64,000 nucleotides of DNA, from NCBI RefSeq assembly GCF_964188315.1, contig NC_135657.1, positions 23,250,001 to 23,314,000 on the forward strand. The letters run 5' to 3'. The notes under the pieces are model-generated. The model worked only from the letters and a program-made list of their open reading frames with translations, did no database searches and was not told the DNA's origin. Below are positions 36,301 through 50,875 of this stretch, in pieces. Source of the stretch: Podarcis muralis (lineage: Eukaryota). The position numbers and the translations under genes were made by a program. Position 1 is the stretch's first letter. Each line of letters opens with the position of its first letter.

Positions 36301-39300
36301 ATGACAGCAACATCGCCCTGCACATTTGAAATGTGTCTAAAAGTATAAACTTGCATCTCCCAATGATCCAGGACTATGATGCATCGACTAATGTGTTTTC
36401 TATATATAGTCAAGAAAAGAGAAGAAGCAAAGGCGGGAGGGAGCAGAGTGACGCAGCCGCAAGTGGAGAAACAGAGCAGAAGTGAGCGTTGCATCTGTTA
36501 TTTGTCAGGAATCCTATGTGTTCCTGCGCACGTGTGCTTGGGAGTAAGCTACACCGAACTCGGTTAGACTTACTTCTAAGTAAGCATGCACAGGAAGTCT
36601 TAAGAGGGTGGAGTGTGGCAATGGATGAAAAAAGCATGGAGGAACTTAGTGAAGACTAGAGCAGGAAGGTATGGATCACAGAGATGCAACAGTCTCTGGT
36701 AGGGCTGGCTGATATATCAATATATCATCTAAAACCAGCTTGAAGTCCATGTTGTGATATCAGTTTCATAATTTTTGACCTGGCAATATATCACAAATCA
36801 TGATGTGTGTGTGTGTGTGTGTGCGCGCGCACACACACACACAATGGCACCATCCTAAGATGTCAGAACTGAGTTCCTGTGAGTTCCCCTTGAAAAAAGC
36901 CTTGTGGTGATATAACGGAATAACATGATGTTTAGCTGGTAATCTATCGAAATGTTGAAACCCAGGTATCACACAGCCCTAGTCTCTGGTCCCAATTAGT
37001 CAGGACAGCAAAAACCTCTTCATTAGACCAGAAGTTTCCACTTATCGTGAGGAACAGCAGTCTTCCTTAATTCACAATCTTGCAAATGTAACAGCTCATG
37101 CACATTTTTAATAGCCTCCCTGCATACATAAACTCTCACAATGCAATCCTATTCTTGTCCACTCAGAACTAAGTCCTGTTAATTTCAACAGAACTTTCCT
37201 CCATATTAAAAAGGGTGTTTTGTTTTGTTTTTAATTTAAAGACTATCTTTTTGTTTGCTTGCACTCCCTCCCTCCCTTTGATGAAAAAGGAGAGATTGGT
37301 GGGATGAGGGCCCCTTCTGTAGGGGTGGGGGTGGAGGGGAGAAGATTTAGCTGGCTGACTTATGCTGAAATGGGAGGTTGGGTACTTTCCCAGGAAAGTA
37401 GAAGTAAGTTTAGTTGGACTCAGTGGGGCTTATGCACGCACAGATTCCACAGGCCTCTGAGTGGGAAAGCAGATGCACCTTGACAAGTAAATCACTTAGA
37501 CTACTCATAAATTAGTTGAAAATATATTAAATATAATATATGGAAGTTTATTTAATACAGTGGTACCTCGGGTAAAGAACTTAATTCGTTCTGGAGGTCT
37601 GTTCTTAACCTGAAACTGTTCTTAACCCGAAGCACCACTTTAGCTAATGGGGTCTCCTGCTACCGCCATGCCGCCGCTGCACGATTTCTGTTCTCATCCT
37701 GGAGCAAAGTTCTTAACCCGAGGTACTATTTCTGGGTTAGCGGAGTTTGTAACCTGAAGCGTATGTGACCCGAGGTACCACTGTACTTTATTACATCTAC
37801 CACTTCCTTATATTTTAAGGCCCTCCACCATTGCAGGGAGGTACGGTGGGATCCTCTAATGCTTTGGGGGGGGGGCACAGCAAGGCGCTCCCCCACCGCA
37901 GATATATGTTGTGATATTTAGCTGGTTATATACTGTGATGTTGAAAACCAGATATCGCCCAGCCCTGCTCCCAGGTAGGCAGATTTAGGATTGCAGACTG
38001 CCTGGCTTAAAAGCAAACTACAGTATTAATGTTGGCATAACTTCTCTTCTTGGTCGCTGAAAAGTATTCTTATGTGCCACTGATTTACAAGCTTGTATGG
38101 AGCAATGGGCTGTACCCAACATGACTCTTACTCAGAGAAGACCCACTAAAAAAAAAGGGGGTAGAATATATTGCTCATGGCCATTGACTTCAACGGGTCT
38201 ACTTGAGCATATTGCCAACCACATGTGCCCTAGGCCACCTCTCTCATAAGAAAAACAGTGTATTCGTTCTTCAAATATATGTTAAAAGAAGAAATGAAAG
38301 GGTCTTGTGCCATAAATCACAGAGGATGTTACTATGTAATAAAGGTCTTACTGAATTTATTTAAAAGTCAATTGCATCTGAGAGATAAGCAAGCAGTTGT
38401 TTTCACCATGTCTCATGACCAGGAACTGTTTTATAGCAAGAACTCCATCAAATGGACTAGGTGCTATAAATAAAACATTTTTTCCCTTTGATGCTTAAGG
38501 TTATTTATAAAGAGCAGGTCAGTTACACAGTTTGCAAAAAACCTTTAAAAAAAGACATGGAAGTCTTGTTTGTTCATAAAGCTGTCACATTACTTCTTGA
38601 TACACTGACATGCATTCCACAGAAGTTGTGTCAATTCACACTGATTTCATTTCTCCTGGGTGAAGGCAATTCTGAATGGAGACCTAACAGCAGCTACTAA
38701 GTCAAGGTAGGGAAACTCCTCAGTTGGTGAATTACACTGTAGTCCTCACTACGATCCATGGAAAGTGCACTGACATGTTTCCAATGGTAGCTGTAGTTTG
38801 GGATGAAGGGGTGCAAAAGCAAGGGTGTGAATGAGCCAGGCTCCTATAGCCACATCCCCAAGACTGCCACTTCCAGACAAGATTCACACCTCGGATCTGC
38901 CTGCTACTGGCTGTATTTTGAAGATTAAATCGCAACAACAGGAAACAGCTTATTTGACGTATGTTTGTTATGGCCACTTTTTATAATTCATAATATCCAC
39001 AAAGACTGAAATGTCATCATCATCATCATCATCATATTCTGACAAATAGGGAATGGCTGTCTCCATCTTTCCTAATGAGGCACCCAACATCCACAACCCT
39101 TTATCCAAGCCACTGCCACCATTTTGTGACAGCAAGGGATAGAGGTAATTCTACTTCTCCTGGATTGGCCTCAACATTCATGGGCATGGACCAAGCTTGG
39201 ACAACTGAATCTCAGCTTAATAAGCAACATATGAATGGGTCTTTTGGTTGTGCATGCAGCCTCGGCACTCCTCCCCTTGTGTGACCAAGTAAACAAACCA

Positions 39301-42300
39301 GGAAGTCTTCCATTAATTCAGGTGTCTTGAAGACTTTGTAATGTTAGCAGGCCTGTGCAATTCTCTGCATTTCTTCTTGAGTAGCCAGCCATTTTAATTA
39401 TTGGTTCTGTTTTAATGGCTTTCATTGCTTCTTGCTGAAGTTTTGCAAGAAAACGGTATACATCTACTTTTATAAATAATAATAAAAATAGCCTGCACAT
39501 TCAAAGCTGCATCAAACCACATCAGACTTAAAAAGAAATAGGTACACCAAGTCAAAACTATAATGTGTTTTACCTTCTGCGAGCATATCTGGAACATCTG
39601 CTTGATATCTGGGACCTACTCTGATTTCTCCTTTGTCTGCTAGAAGTGTTTTCAACGATGGATCATATACCAGTGAATAGAAGAAAGTATCCTAAAAAAA
39701 AAAAAGACATGTATTTTCCAAAGTACTATTAGTTCATGATAAATAAAACAACAGTACATATTTCTGCATTTTAACACACATGCACCAAAAAAATGCTTGG
39801 ACAGATCAGCCCATTTATGTTCCCTGGCAAGTTTTGCATAGGTCAGTTACATCCTATTTTCGGAAGATTTTTTTTTTTTTAAGCATGGAAAAAATGCATT
39901 TATATTTTGGGCACTTTCCCCTAAAGTAAGCATTTCTTCCCCTAAAATACACATTTCATATACTTTTCAATGCATTTTTACCATGGAACATTCATTATAA
40001 TGTACCTAAACACACACAATTCAATGTAAATTTAAAGAATGGGGTAATCCAAATGCTGACAGCATTCCAATCTGTGAATAAATCCTGGGCAGATCAGGCT
40101 GGTTGCTATGAAATGTGGATGGAACAAATTTCTCTTTTTTAAATGATTTTATTTATATATTTTTAATAAATAAAAAAATCAACATTTCAAATTTAGCAAT
40201 CAATCATTCCACCTACGACTTCCCCTCCCTCTCTCCCTCCATGACTCCCCCATAAAATTTCAATTTATGCTGCATATTACAATTACTCTATACCTTCAAC
40301 TTATCACAAAAGAAAGTTCACCCTTCCTGCTGTCCTTAATCAACTCCTGTTTGAGTTTTAACATATTTACACTGAGTTTTTAAGTATTCTGCAAACATTT
40401 TCCCATCTTCTTTAAAATCAGACTCATTCTTATCTCTAATTTTACACGTCAATTCTACATAGTCTATCAATTTCAGCTGTCATTCTTCTTTGCGTTTAAT
40501 ATTCGTGCTGCCGTTGTTGCATAAAAAAAAATATGTATCTGTTTGTGGATGGATCAAATTTCCCTTCCCTCCCAAATCCTGAGTTAATCATATTAAAATT
40601 TAATCCTATATCACTGCGAAAATAATTAGGCAGGCAGAAAGAGACAGCCCATTTTCATTTGCAAAATTCTGGCTGAAAGTCAAAATGAACTGTTTCAGTA
40701 TTGTTATAATAAAGCATCAATAATTCAAGAAACTAAACATTCCAAACAATAAACACAGACACAAATCATTTTCAACTTTAGCTATTCATATTATGCTACT
40801 TAGCAAAAGGATTATTTGGTTTTCCTAACAATCCGCAGGAAAAATCACAATACTAAAGGAAACCACATATAAAAAGGATGCTGAAAGTTATGAAAAATGT
40901 AGCATTACCTCTTTAATGAGATACGACAATACAGACTCTGTCTCATTCAGAAGTGCAACACTGCATTTCCCCCTATATAAACACACACAAAAATCAACAA
41001 CATATTAATGATTTATAATGCCATTTTTTTCAAGCAGCAAATGACAACAGATTAGTCAACCAAGTTCAAAATTTACAAATTTCAGTTAAATCAATGATTT
41101 TTAAACAGGAAATGGCCATGAATGCACCATGAGTAAACAGGATTCAGGAAAGGGTATACGTGTGAAGAAAGTAAGGAAGTTCAGTATCATCGCAAATACA
41201 AATGAACTAAACACATTAATTATTTCTGCATAAAACTCAATGTAGATTAAACATTTAAGGAAAAGGACAGAGGCCTTTAAAACGGTACCATCTTCATTTG
41301 AGGTACACCCCACTTAAATGCATGTTTTCAACACTGGCTGTAGTGAAGTTTATTCAAAACTAAGGTTATCTTAATATTGTTCAAATAACAGGCTCATGTA
41401 AAGCCCCCTTGGGATCCTGGCTGCATAGCTCTCTCTGCCATATGTAGCATCACTGCCTGAAAGATTACAAAAGTGGGGGGACATAAGAAGAGCCTACTGG
41501 ATCAGGCCAATAGTCCATCTAGTTCAGCATCCTGTCTTCACAGTGGCTGATCAGATGCCTGAGGGAAGCCTGCAAGCTAGACAACAGCATTCTGAATAGG
41601 AAGCTGCCTTCTACTGAGTGAGATCATCATTCCACCTTGCTCAGTATTGTCCATGCTAAGTAGCAATAGCTCTCCATGGTTTAAGGCAGAAGGTCTCTCC
41701 CAGCCATACTGGGCATTGCACCTGGGACGTTCTTCTGCATGGAAAGCAGACGCTGTACCACTAAGATCCATCCCTTTCGACCCTAGGAGGAGATCAGAAA
41801 GCTTTGCTGGAAAGGATGAGGATAACAGTTTTCCATCCAACAGAGTAGAAACAAAATGTGGGTTGTCTCCAAGGGCAGTAGGCCATTGAAAACCCCAGAT
41901 AATGTGTGTTTCTCTGGGCCATGGAGCAAAGGCAACGTAGCCTCTATTCATTTCTGAACTGAGGCCTGGGAGCCCAGCCCCTTGAGCTGAACATCACCGA
42001 GACACAAACCATTTTAATTGAATAAAGACTGCAGATTGGCCAGAAAATGGCCCAGATAGTTACAGAGCTTCTGGGAAAGGGAAACAAGCCTCCACAGAAA
42101 TTTCCATCCATTAAATGTGCACATATTTGGAATCCATTCTTACAAATACAGTGGTACCTTGGTAGTTGAACGGCTTGGCTCCTGAACACCGCAAACCTGG
42201 AAATGAGTGTTCCAGTTTGCGAACGTTTTTCAAAAGCTGAACATCAGATGCAGCTTCCGATTGAGTGCAGGAAGCTCCTGCAGTCAATCAAAAGCTGCGC

Positions 42301-45181
42301 CTTGGTTTTTGAACCATTTCAGGAGTCAAACAGACTCCCAGAACAGATTAAATTAGAGAACTAGGGTACCACTGTACTGTACAGTGGATGCTCGAGTTGC
42401 GAATGTGATCCATGCGGGATGCACGTTCGCAACCCGCAGTGGTGCGTCTGCACACACGTGGCTTTCAATTCGGCGCTTCTGCACATGCGCGGCCACCAAA
42501 ACCCAGAAGTAACCCATTCCAGTACTTCCAGGTTTCGGCGGGTGCATAACCTGAAAAAATGCAACCTGAAGCGGCTGTAACCTGAGGTATGACTGTAATG
42601 GGTTAAGATCTGGTGAAGTACAATAACAGCTTTGTAAAGTATACAGTTTGGGATTTTATTCCCCTCCCCCCTTTACTTTCCCTTCTACATGGGTGCTGTT
42701 TCTTTTTATATCTCTCTTTTATTTACATCTCCTCATGTTTAGTGCACATATAATTATGTACTTTTTAAGTTTCAATAAAGATGTCTGCGGGGAAATGAGC
42801 ACAAAACGCCGCCAGGTCTAGTGGATCATGGCTGAAGCATGTGTGTGCATGTTCAAAGCCGAAACAAGCGAAGAATTCACATTGTCAAAGTGCTGAGTCA
42901 TTTTTTTCCCTGGCCACCACTGCAAGAAGCAGTAAAAAGAACTATTAGGTGGGTAACAGGGTGGCCATGTGGCACCAGTATGGTTAAAACAAGAGACTGC
43001 AAAAACTCCAAAAGGTCCTCTGCAAATTGAAGGAATGGACAGTAAAATGGCAAATGTGATTCAATGCAAGCAACTGTAAAGTGTTGCATGTAAGGAGCAA
43101 AAAAATATTAATTTCACATATATACTCATGGGGTCTGAACTGGAGGTGGCAAGCCAGGAGCAAGACCCTGGGGTCATAGCAGATAGCCTGATGATGGTGT
43201 TAGCCCAGTGTGTTGTGGTCATGAAAGAGGACAATTCTATGCTAGGGATCATTAGGAAAGGAATTGAAAACAAAACTCCCCAATATCATAATGGCATTAC
43301 AGTGGTACCTCGGGTTACATACACTTCAGGTTACATATACTTCAGGTTACAGACTCCGTTAACTCAGAAATAGTACCTCGGGTTAAGAACTTTGCTTCAG
43401 GATGAGAACAGAAATCATGCTCCGGCCCCATTAGCTAAAGTGGTGCTTCAGGTTAAGAACTGTTTCAGGTTAAGAACGGACCTCTGGAACGAATTAAGTA
43501 CTTAACCCAAGGTACCACTGTATACAAATCTATAATTTGGGAGTACTGTGTACAATTCTGGTTGCCTCACCTCAAAAAGGATATTGTTGAGTTGGAAAGG
43601 GTTCAGAAAAGGGAAGCCAAAAATGATTGATGGGATGGAGGAACGTTCCTCTGCGAAGGAGCGCTGCAGTGTTGGGGACTTGTTAGTTTGCAGAAAAAGC
43701 AAGTAAGAGGCATCATGACAGAAGTTTGCAAATGTATGCATGACGTGGATAGAGAAAAGTTTTTATCCCTCTCTCATGACCCAAAACTTGTGGACGGCCA
43801 ATGAAACTAACTGTTAGACGATTTGGGACAGATGAAAGAAAGCACTTCTTCACACAAAGCAGAGTCACAAGTATGGAACTTGCTCCCCCCAGGAGGCAGT
43901 TATGGCCACCAACTTGGATGGCATTAAAAGAAGATTGCACAGTTTCAAGGAGGAGAAAGCTACCAACCATGATGGTTATGCTCTCTACCTCCACAGTTGG
44001 AGGCAAGCAAGGCTTCCAAATGCCAGCTGCTGGGAACTACAGGAGGAAAGAGAGATCTTGTGCTCATGTTCTGCTCGCTGGTTTCCCACAGACATCTGGT
44101 GGGCCACTGTGAGAACAGGATGCTAGACCAGATGGGCCATTGGCCTGATCCAACAGGCTATTCTTATGTAAATGTGAAAAACAGCTTCTTGGGAGTATGG
44201 CTTACAGCACTTGAAAGAGGAGAAGTCAAAAGAAGAGCTCTCAAACGGACTTACAAAACTACAGCGCTGAGATTTTTAGATTTCCTGTCTCTCTGCTTAC
44301 ATCATTATCATTCCAAATAAGTGACTCCCTACTAGTTTTTCGGGCTTGTTGCTGACCAGATGTTGTCGTCTGGCCTACGGGATTTTTAGAATGTCTTTAT
44401 TATTATTCAAGGGAATAACATCTGCAGTGCTTAGCCGCTCCAAAAATTCTTTCAGTGTCTTCTTTTGATTCAGTTATTGTTACTGTTATGAAACTTCACT
44501 AGCAATCTAAAAGTGAATGCCCATTTGTAAGTGGATTTTGTTCAACAAAACACTGCTGTTTCAGATCTAATTTCAATGCCAAGTGATGCATTGATAATCT
44601 ATTTAAAATATAAATCCAGGGTTGTACTCTTACTCTTGGAAAATTTCAATAAGACTATATTCAAATGATTAAAGGTGGCTGGGAAGAGGAGATCGCCTAT
44701 TGCAAACATTAAATAAATCTATTAAAAACACTGGAATATTGACAAATTTCTCCCATTCATCAGGTGTCTTGATAATTAGAAGACATCAGAAATAATGTTC
44801 ACTGGAGATGTACAGCAAAATATATACCACTCAATTATTATTTTCAGAATAACTTTCATATATTTATATCACACCATTTTTTTCCAAGGCAGCTCACAAC
44901 AGATTTATAAAGCAAATGCAAGATTACAAAGTTCATACTGTAGAAAAGGGAATCACACAACTATGGGGGGGGGGGGGGGTCACCATCGAAAAGGCCCTGG
45001 AAGTATTAATATTAGCAGCAACTTTAAACAAGCAAACAAAACCCTGTTGTACAAGCTTGGGTAGCTACCTTTTTTGACCCGAGGGCTTCATTCACCCTTC
45101 ACTATCTCCCAGGTGCCACGTGCCAATAGTGGGTGTGACCAAACTGGATAAGTCTCACCCCATACTCTCTCATATGCACAC

Positions 45182-45252
<71 letters not shown>

Positions 45253-48200
45253 CTCCTCCTCAACTGATCTGACCCATGTAATTATTATTTATTATTTATT
45301 TATTAAATTTGTATAGCGCCCTATACCTATAGATATCAGGGCAGTTCACAACATAAAATTGCAATATAAGAATCGCAAAACACATGATAAAAATAAGAAC
45401 AGAAACAAGCCAAGAATCCCTCCCCCCTCCCTTCCACAACGTATTTTAAAGATCATCGGATGTCAATCAGCCAAAGGCCTGGTTAAATAGGAACATTTTC
45501 GCCTGCCACCAACTGAACCTCCCTGGGGAGAGCATTCCATAAATGCGGCACAAATTAGTTGCTGCCATTGCTCTGCTCATAAAACAATTAATCTGCTGAC
45601 TGGGGAATGAGATGGTTTGTGTACCCATCAGGGTGCTGTACTTCGTACTTTAAACAAACAAACAAACAATGCCACTGCTGCCCAACTTGGTTGGGTCTTG
45701 GGGTGGGGACAGAAAAACCAGCTGGGCCGTTTGGGGCTTTAACTGCTAATATTAAATTAAATTATTTAGGAATTACAATAGGGCTGCGATACGTCCAGTA
45801 TTTTCCGGACATAGCCGGGATTCATCGGGACGCAAATGGCGTCCAGGCGTATGGCAGCCCATATTGGAAGTGTGGGGTTTTTTTTGGCGATTTCCCCCTG
45901 AATATAAAAAAAAGGTAAAAACTTCACTATAGTAATTTCAGATACTGTTTGGGAGGACAAATCACAAGTGCAGGTTCACACCGGCACCAGGACCAGGGGA
46001 GGAGTGAAGCAGCCACTGTACCCGCATGCTGCACTGTACCCATATGTGAACAAGGCATTTGCCCATTGCCTGTCTAAGATTAATCTCCATATTATCACAT
46101 TTTCTTTTCCTCTGCTCTTTTTGGCTTGGGACACAGACAGATCTTAGTACCTGCTGGATTTTGTATTCCTGAACCCCCACCCCCCCCACCCCACAAAATG
46201 TAGGGGCAACCATGGTTTTCACTTTGCGACCTGAAATCTATTTTGCATCCCGCAAAAGAAAAGAAAAAGAATTCTGGAGAATTCTCAAAAACTGGCTCGT
46301 TACCTTGTGACATTTACCGTATTTTTCAGTGTATAAGACATGGGTTTTTCCCTAAAAAATAATGTCCAAATTTTTGGGGCATCTTATACACGGGGGGCAT
46401 CTCCCCCCATTTTCTTAAACCATGTCCCCAAAAATAGGGTTTGTCTTAAACATTGGGGCAACTTATAGACAGAAAAATACTGTAGTTAGTCCTAATAAAG
46501 GCATTGGTCTGCTGTGGTATTTTTTTAACAATTAAAAGGAGCTTTCAAAGCATCACATACCAGTTTCAAAGTCAGAAAATTCTCCACAGCACAGGTAATA
46601 TTGTACTTACCTATGAAGCCTCCAGAAATGAATTACTGCGGGGGGCATGGTTGTTTTAAATAAACCACTTCCATCTGAAAACTGTGTTTCAGTTAGTTTA
46701 GTTATTGGCCTAGGTACATGTGTTCTGTGCCTAAAAGCAAGCAGCAACTAAGACAAAAATAATCACAAGAGTCCCCTGTGGTCTTAAAAATCAATGATAT
46801 TGAGCCAAGGGGGTGGGGAGTAGAGCATTTGTTATTCTGTATGTGGGCTTGGCTGGTAAAATCTTAACCATCAAGGCTGCATTCTAACCTCCCCCACCGA
46901 ATTGACTTAGAAGGATACTGTACTGATCATTAAGCTAATTGCTAGATCGCCATCTGATATTCTGTCTCACACAGTTGCAATTAAAAATATCATTGGTCAT
47001 CAGGATTGATTTTTGTAAATCAAAACAATTAAATGGTCCAGATTTTTGGATTATTGACGTTTCGCAATAAATGCATTTAACATTATTTAAATTTAGCTCA
47101 ATAAGCTTGTTAATTTGAAAACCTGTTTGCTTTTTAAAAACCAGTTCCATCCTCAAGATTACATAAAGGCAATATTTGCTCGTTCCTGCAGCGCTTAACT
47201 TCCTTATTCTTCTTTTTCGTTAACACGACCACCTGAGAGATTCAAATCTTATTTTAAACCAGGATGTTTGAGGATAAATGGAACAGAAAAGCAAACACCC
47301 ATTATACCAAGGGATATTGGCCTTAAAGTAATGGCAATAGAAACATTAGTCAAACAGAAGGCTGCGCATGCAGAATAGTGCAAGTTAGTGGGCCATTTGA
47401 ATCAAAGGAGAAGTACCTAGAACGCGTCTGACTTTCCTACGGAAAAATTAATGGGGCTTAGAAGCACTTCAGGAGTGTACTTTGCACTGGGCATTTTAGG
47501 CTGAGAAAGCAAGAGAACTTTGATGTTTTAAATCAATAATACTGCCTTAAAATGAAAGGGATTTCAACTTCCTTGTTAACGCCCTGGATTTAAAAAAAGT
47601 GGACAGATTAAAGAGATCAATCAAATACTAGACTAACTTCTGTACTCCCGGTGGTTGCTAAGGTTCTGGTTTCGAGAAAGCAAGGAGAGATACAGAGGGT
47701 CACACCCAAACTCCAGAATTTATACTGCAACGATAAATAGCTGCAGATGACGGCCAGAGGTTGCCCACAACTTTCCCTACAGCTACCGAAGGTAATTGAA
47801 CTGATTTATATAAACTTTTTTATTTTAACCTAACATTAGAAGAGGGACACGGGAGGCGCTGTGGGTTAAACCACAGAGCCTAGGACTTGCCGATCAGAAG
47901 GTTGGCGGTTCGAATCCCCGCGACGGGGTGAGCTCTCATTGTCCGATCCCAGCTTCTGCCAACCTAATAGTTCGAAAGCACGTCAAAGTGCAAGTAAATA
48001 AATAGGTACCGCTCTGGCGGGAAGGTAAACGGCGTTTCCGTGTGCTGCTCTGGTTTCGCCAGAAGTGGCTTAGTCATGCTGGCCACATGACCCGGAAGCT
48101 GTCTGCGGACAAACGCCGGCTCCCTCGACCAATAAAGCGAGATGAGTGCCGCAACCCCAGAGTCGGTCACGACTGGACCTAATGGTCAGGGGTCCCTTTA

Positions 48201-50824
48201 CCTTTACCTTTTTAACATTAGAAGATGCATGCAAATGTAAGAAGAGTCCTGCTGGATCAGGCCAGTGCCCCACCCAGTTCGACATCCTGCTCTCACAGTG
48301 GCCAACTAGGCGCTTATGGGAAGTTTGCAAGCAAGACCTGAGGTGTAACAACATTTTCTCCGCTTCTGACTCCCAGGAACTGATATTTAGAGACATTCTC
48401 CCTCTGGTAGCAGCAGCAGAACATAGCCACTGAGGGCCTCATCTTCTATGGATGCTGAATCCTCTGGTGACCATCACTACACCTTGTGACAGTGAGTTCC
48501 ACAGTTTAACTCTGTGCTGCGTGAAGAAGTACTTCATTTTTTTTCTGTTCTGAAACGTCCAACATTCAGCTTCGCTAGATGGTTTTGGGTTCTAGTATCC
48601 CCACCCCACCCCTTTCTCCACACCACGCATAAACTTCTACTTTGTCCCACCTCCTTACTTTACTTCTTTGTAAAAAATGTCCCAAATGTTGTGACATTTG
48701 TCACTGGGGAGCTGCTCCGTTCCCTGGGTGATTTCGGTTGCCCTTTTCTAAAAATTTCCAGCTCTACAATATTCTTTTTGAGGAAGCAAGCAGAATCATG
48801 CACAGTATTTCAAGTATGATTTCTATACTGATCTTATGACAATGGGCAGTTTTATTTTCAATTCCTTTCCTAATGATCCCTAACACAGAGAATTCGCCTT
48901 TTTCACAGCTGCCACACACTGGCTGAGCATCTTCATCTGGCTGAGTACAGCATTACTCCCGGTTAGTCATCGCCACTGACTGGTCAGGCTCCCCAGGAGC
49001 ATACACGTAATATTAGGATTTAGTTATTTATAAGCCCCAATGTGCATCACTTGGTACTTGCTTAAAGTGAATCTGCTACTTTACTGCCCCCTCTCCTACT
49101 TTGGAGAGATCCTTTTAGAGCTCCTTGCAATCCGTTTTTGTTTTAGCTGCCTTGAACCATTTGGTACGATCAGCACATCTTGTTACCCCTAACTATAGAT
49201 CCTTAATGAGCAACTTAAAAAGCACAGTTCCAGCAGTGATCCTTGCGGAAATCCACTTTCTGCATCCCTGTCCACTTAATTCTTACTCTCTTCTTCCTGC
49301 TCCTCAATCAGTTTCTGATCCATAGGAGGACCTTATTTCATGACTGGCAAGCTTACTCTCACTTGTATGTCTTTCCAAGTGGTACAGCATTTTCTCCCTG
49401 TAGTGTTTAACTGCAGCATGGCAAATCACTATAACGCATATTGTCTGAAAAATACATCCCGTGTCCTGGATGGACTGCAATTTATACCTTTCTCCAGAAG
49501 AATCTTGTGTGCTTTTACTTCCACATTATTGGAAATGAAACTTTACAAAACGCATAGAAATATATTTCAGTTATATATAAAATAATGCAAACATGTCATT
49601 TGTCCCCATGTTATTTTCCCAGTTAAAATCTATAGCTATNNNNNNNNNNNNNNNNNNNNNNNNNNNNNNNNNNNNNNNNNNNNNNNNNNNNNNNNNNNNN
49701 NNNNNNNNNNNNNNNNNNNNNNNNNNNNNNNNNNNNNNNNNNNNNNNNNNNNNNNNNNNNNNNNNNNNNNNNNNNNNNNNNNNNTGCAGGTGGAAAAGGG
49801 TTCTATTCTCCCTCCTTACTAGTTCCTCTGAACAAAGTAGCACTTAGCCTGGCCTTTAAATTGCAGTGTACTCTGATTGCTTGCAAGCTCACGTAAGTGC
49901 AAGCAACCTCTCCACAGCCATTTGCTACGACATATTCCGCCAGGCTGGGATGCAAAAAATATTGGCAGAACTTCCTCTTCCATACTGTGCAGACGATTCC
50001 TGTCTTGCAGGGGGCGTTGCACTAGATGACCCTCATGGTCCCTTCCAACTCTACAATTGGTTATTTTTAATTATTATTTAGAATATTCCTATCCCGCTCC
50101 TATCATAACCAATCCCAGGGTGGGGTACAATATAATTAAAACTCATGGAAAGTAAGCAATCACAGTAAGAAATCCACTTCATAATAGATAAGCCCCTGCA
50201 ATAACTAACTAAAACAAATTACACTTCAAACGCAACAGATAAATAAATAAGATTTCCACTTGGCACCTTTCAGTATTTCCATCTTTCAGGATCTTTCATC
50301 TTTTTCTGTTTAAAAGTTACAGCGCCCCTTTCCTATTTAATTGAATTCACACTGTCAGTTTAGCTCTCATGCGCTTCTGCCACAATAGGATTCACAGTTG
50401 GATCAGCTAGAATTACTGGTGGCAGATGCAGCTGGCTCTCCCACTTAGGATGCTGAAACAGACAGTGAGAAAGTACAGTTATCCTCCTGGGGAAGAGTAG
50501 CCGGGGCCGAGCATGCTTTTAAAGTGGCAAAATACTCCACCCACCCACCCTTTACTTATTGCGTTGGATTTTGGAATGGGAACTAATTTTTATTCTCAGT
50601 CTTGGGGAAGAAAAAAGAGAGAGGCTGCTATATTCCAAGCCCCAATCGAGTGGCAATGAAAACTAATGTTTTGTATTCCTATTAAATATATGTGTGTGTA
50701 TCCTTAATAAATGACCACCTATTTGTTTATTTGTTTTCTTAGTAAAGTTTCATGAGCCCACACCAGTACTAAGAAGAATTCATAAAGACTTCACCTCATG
50801 TCCCATTCCAAACCACAAAAGAAC

Positions 50825-50875
<51 letters not shown>

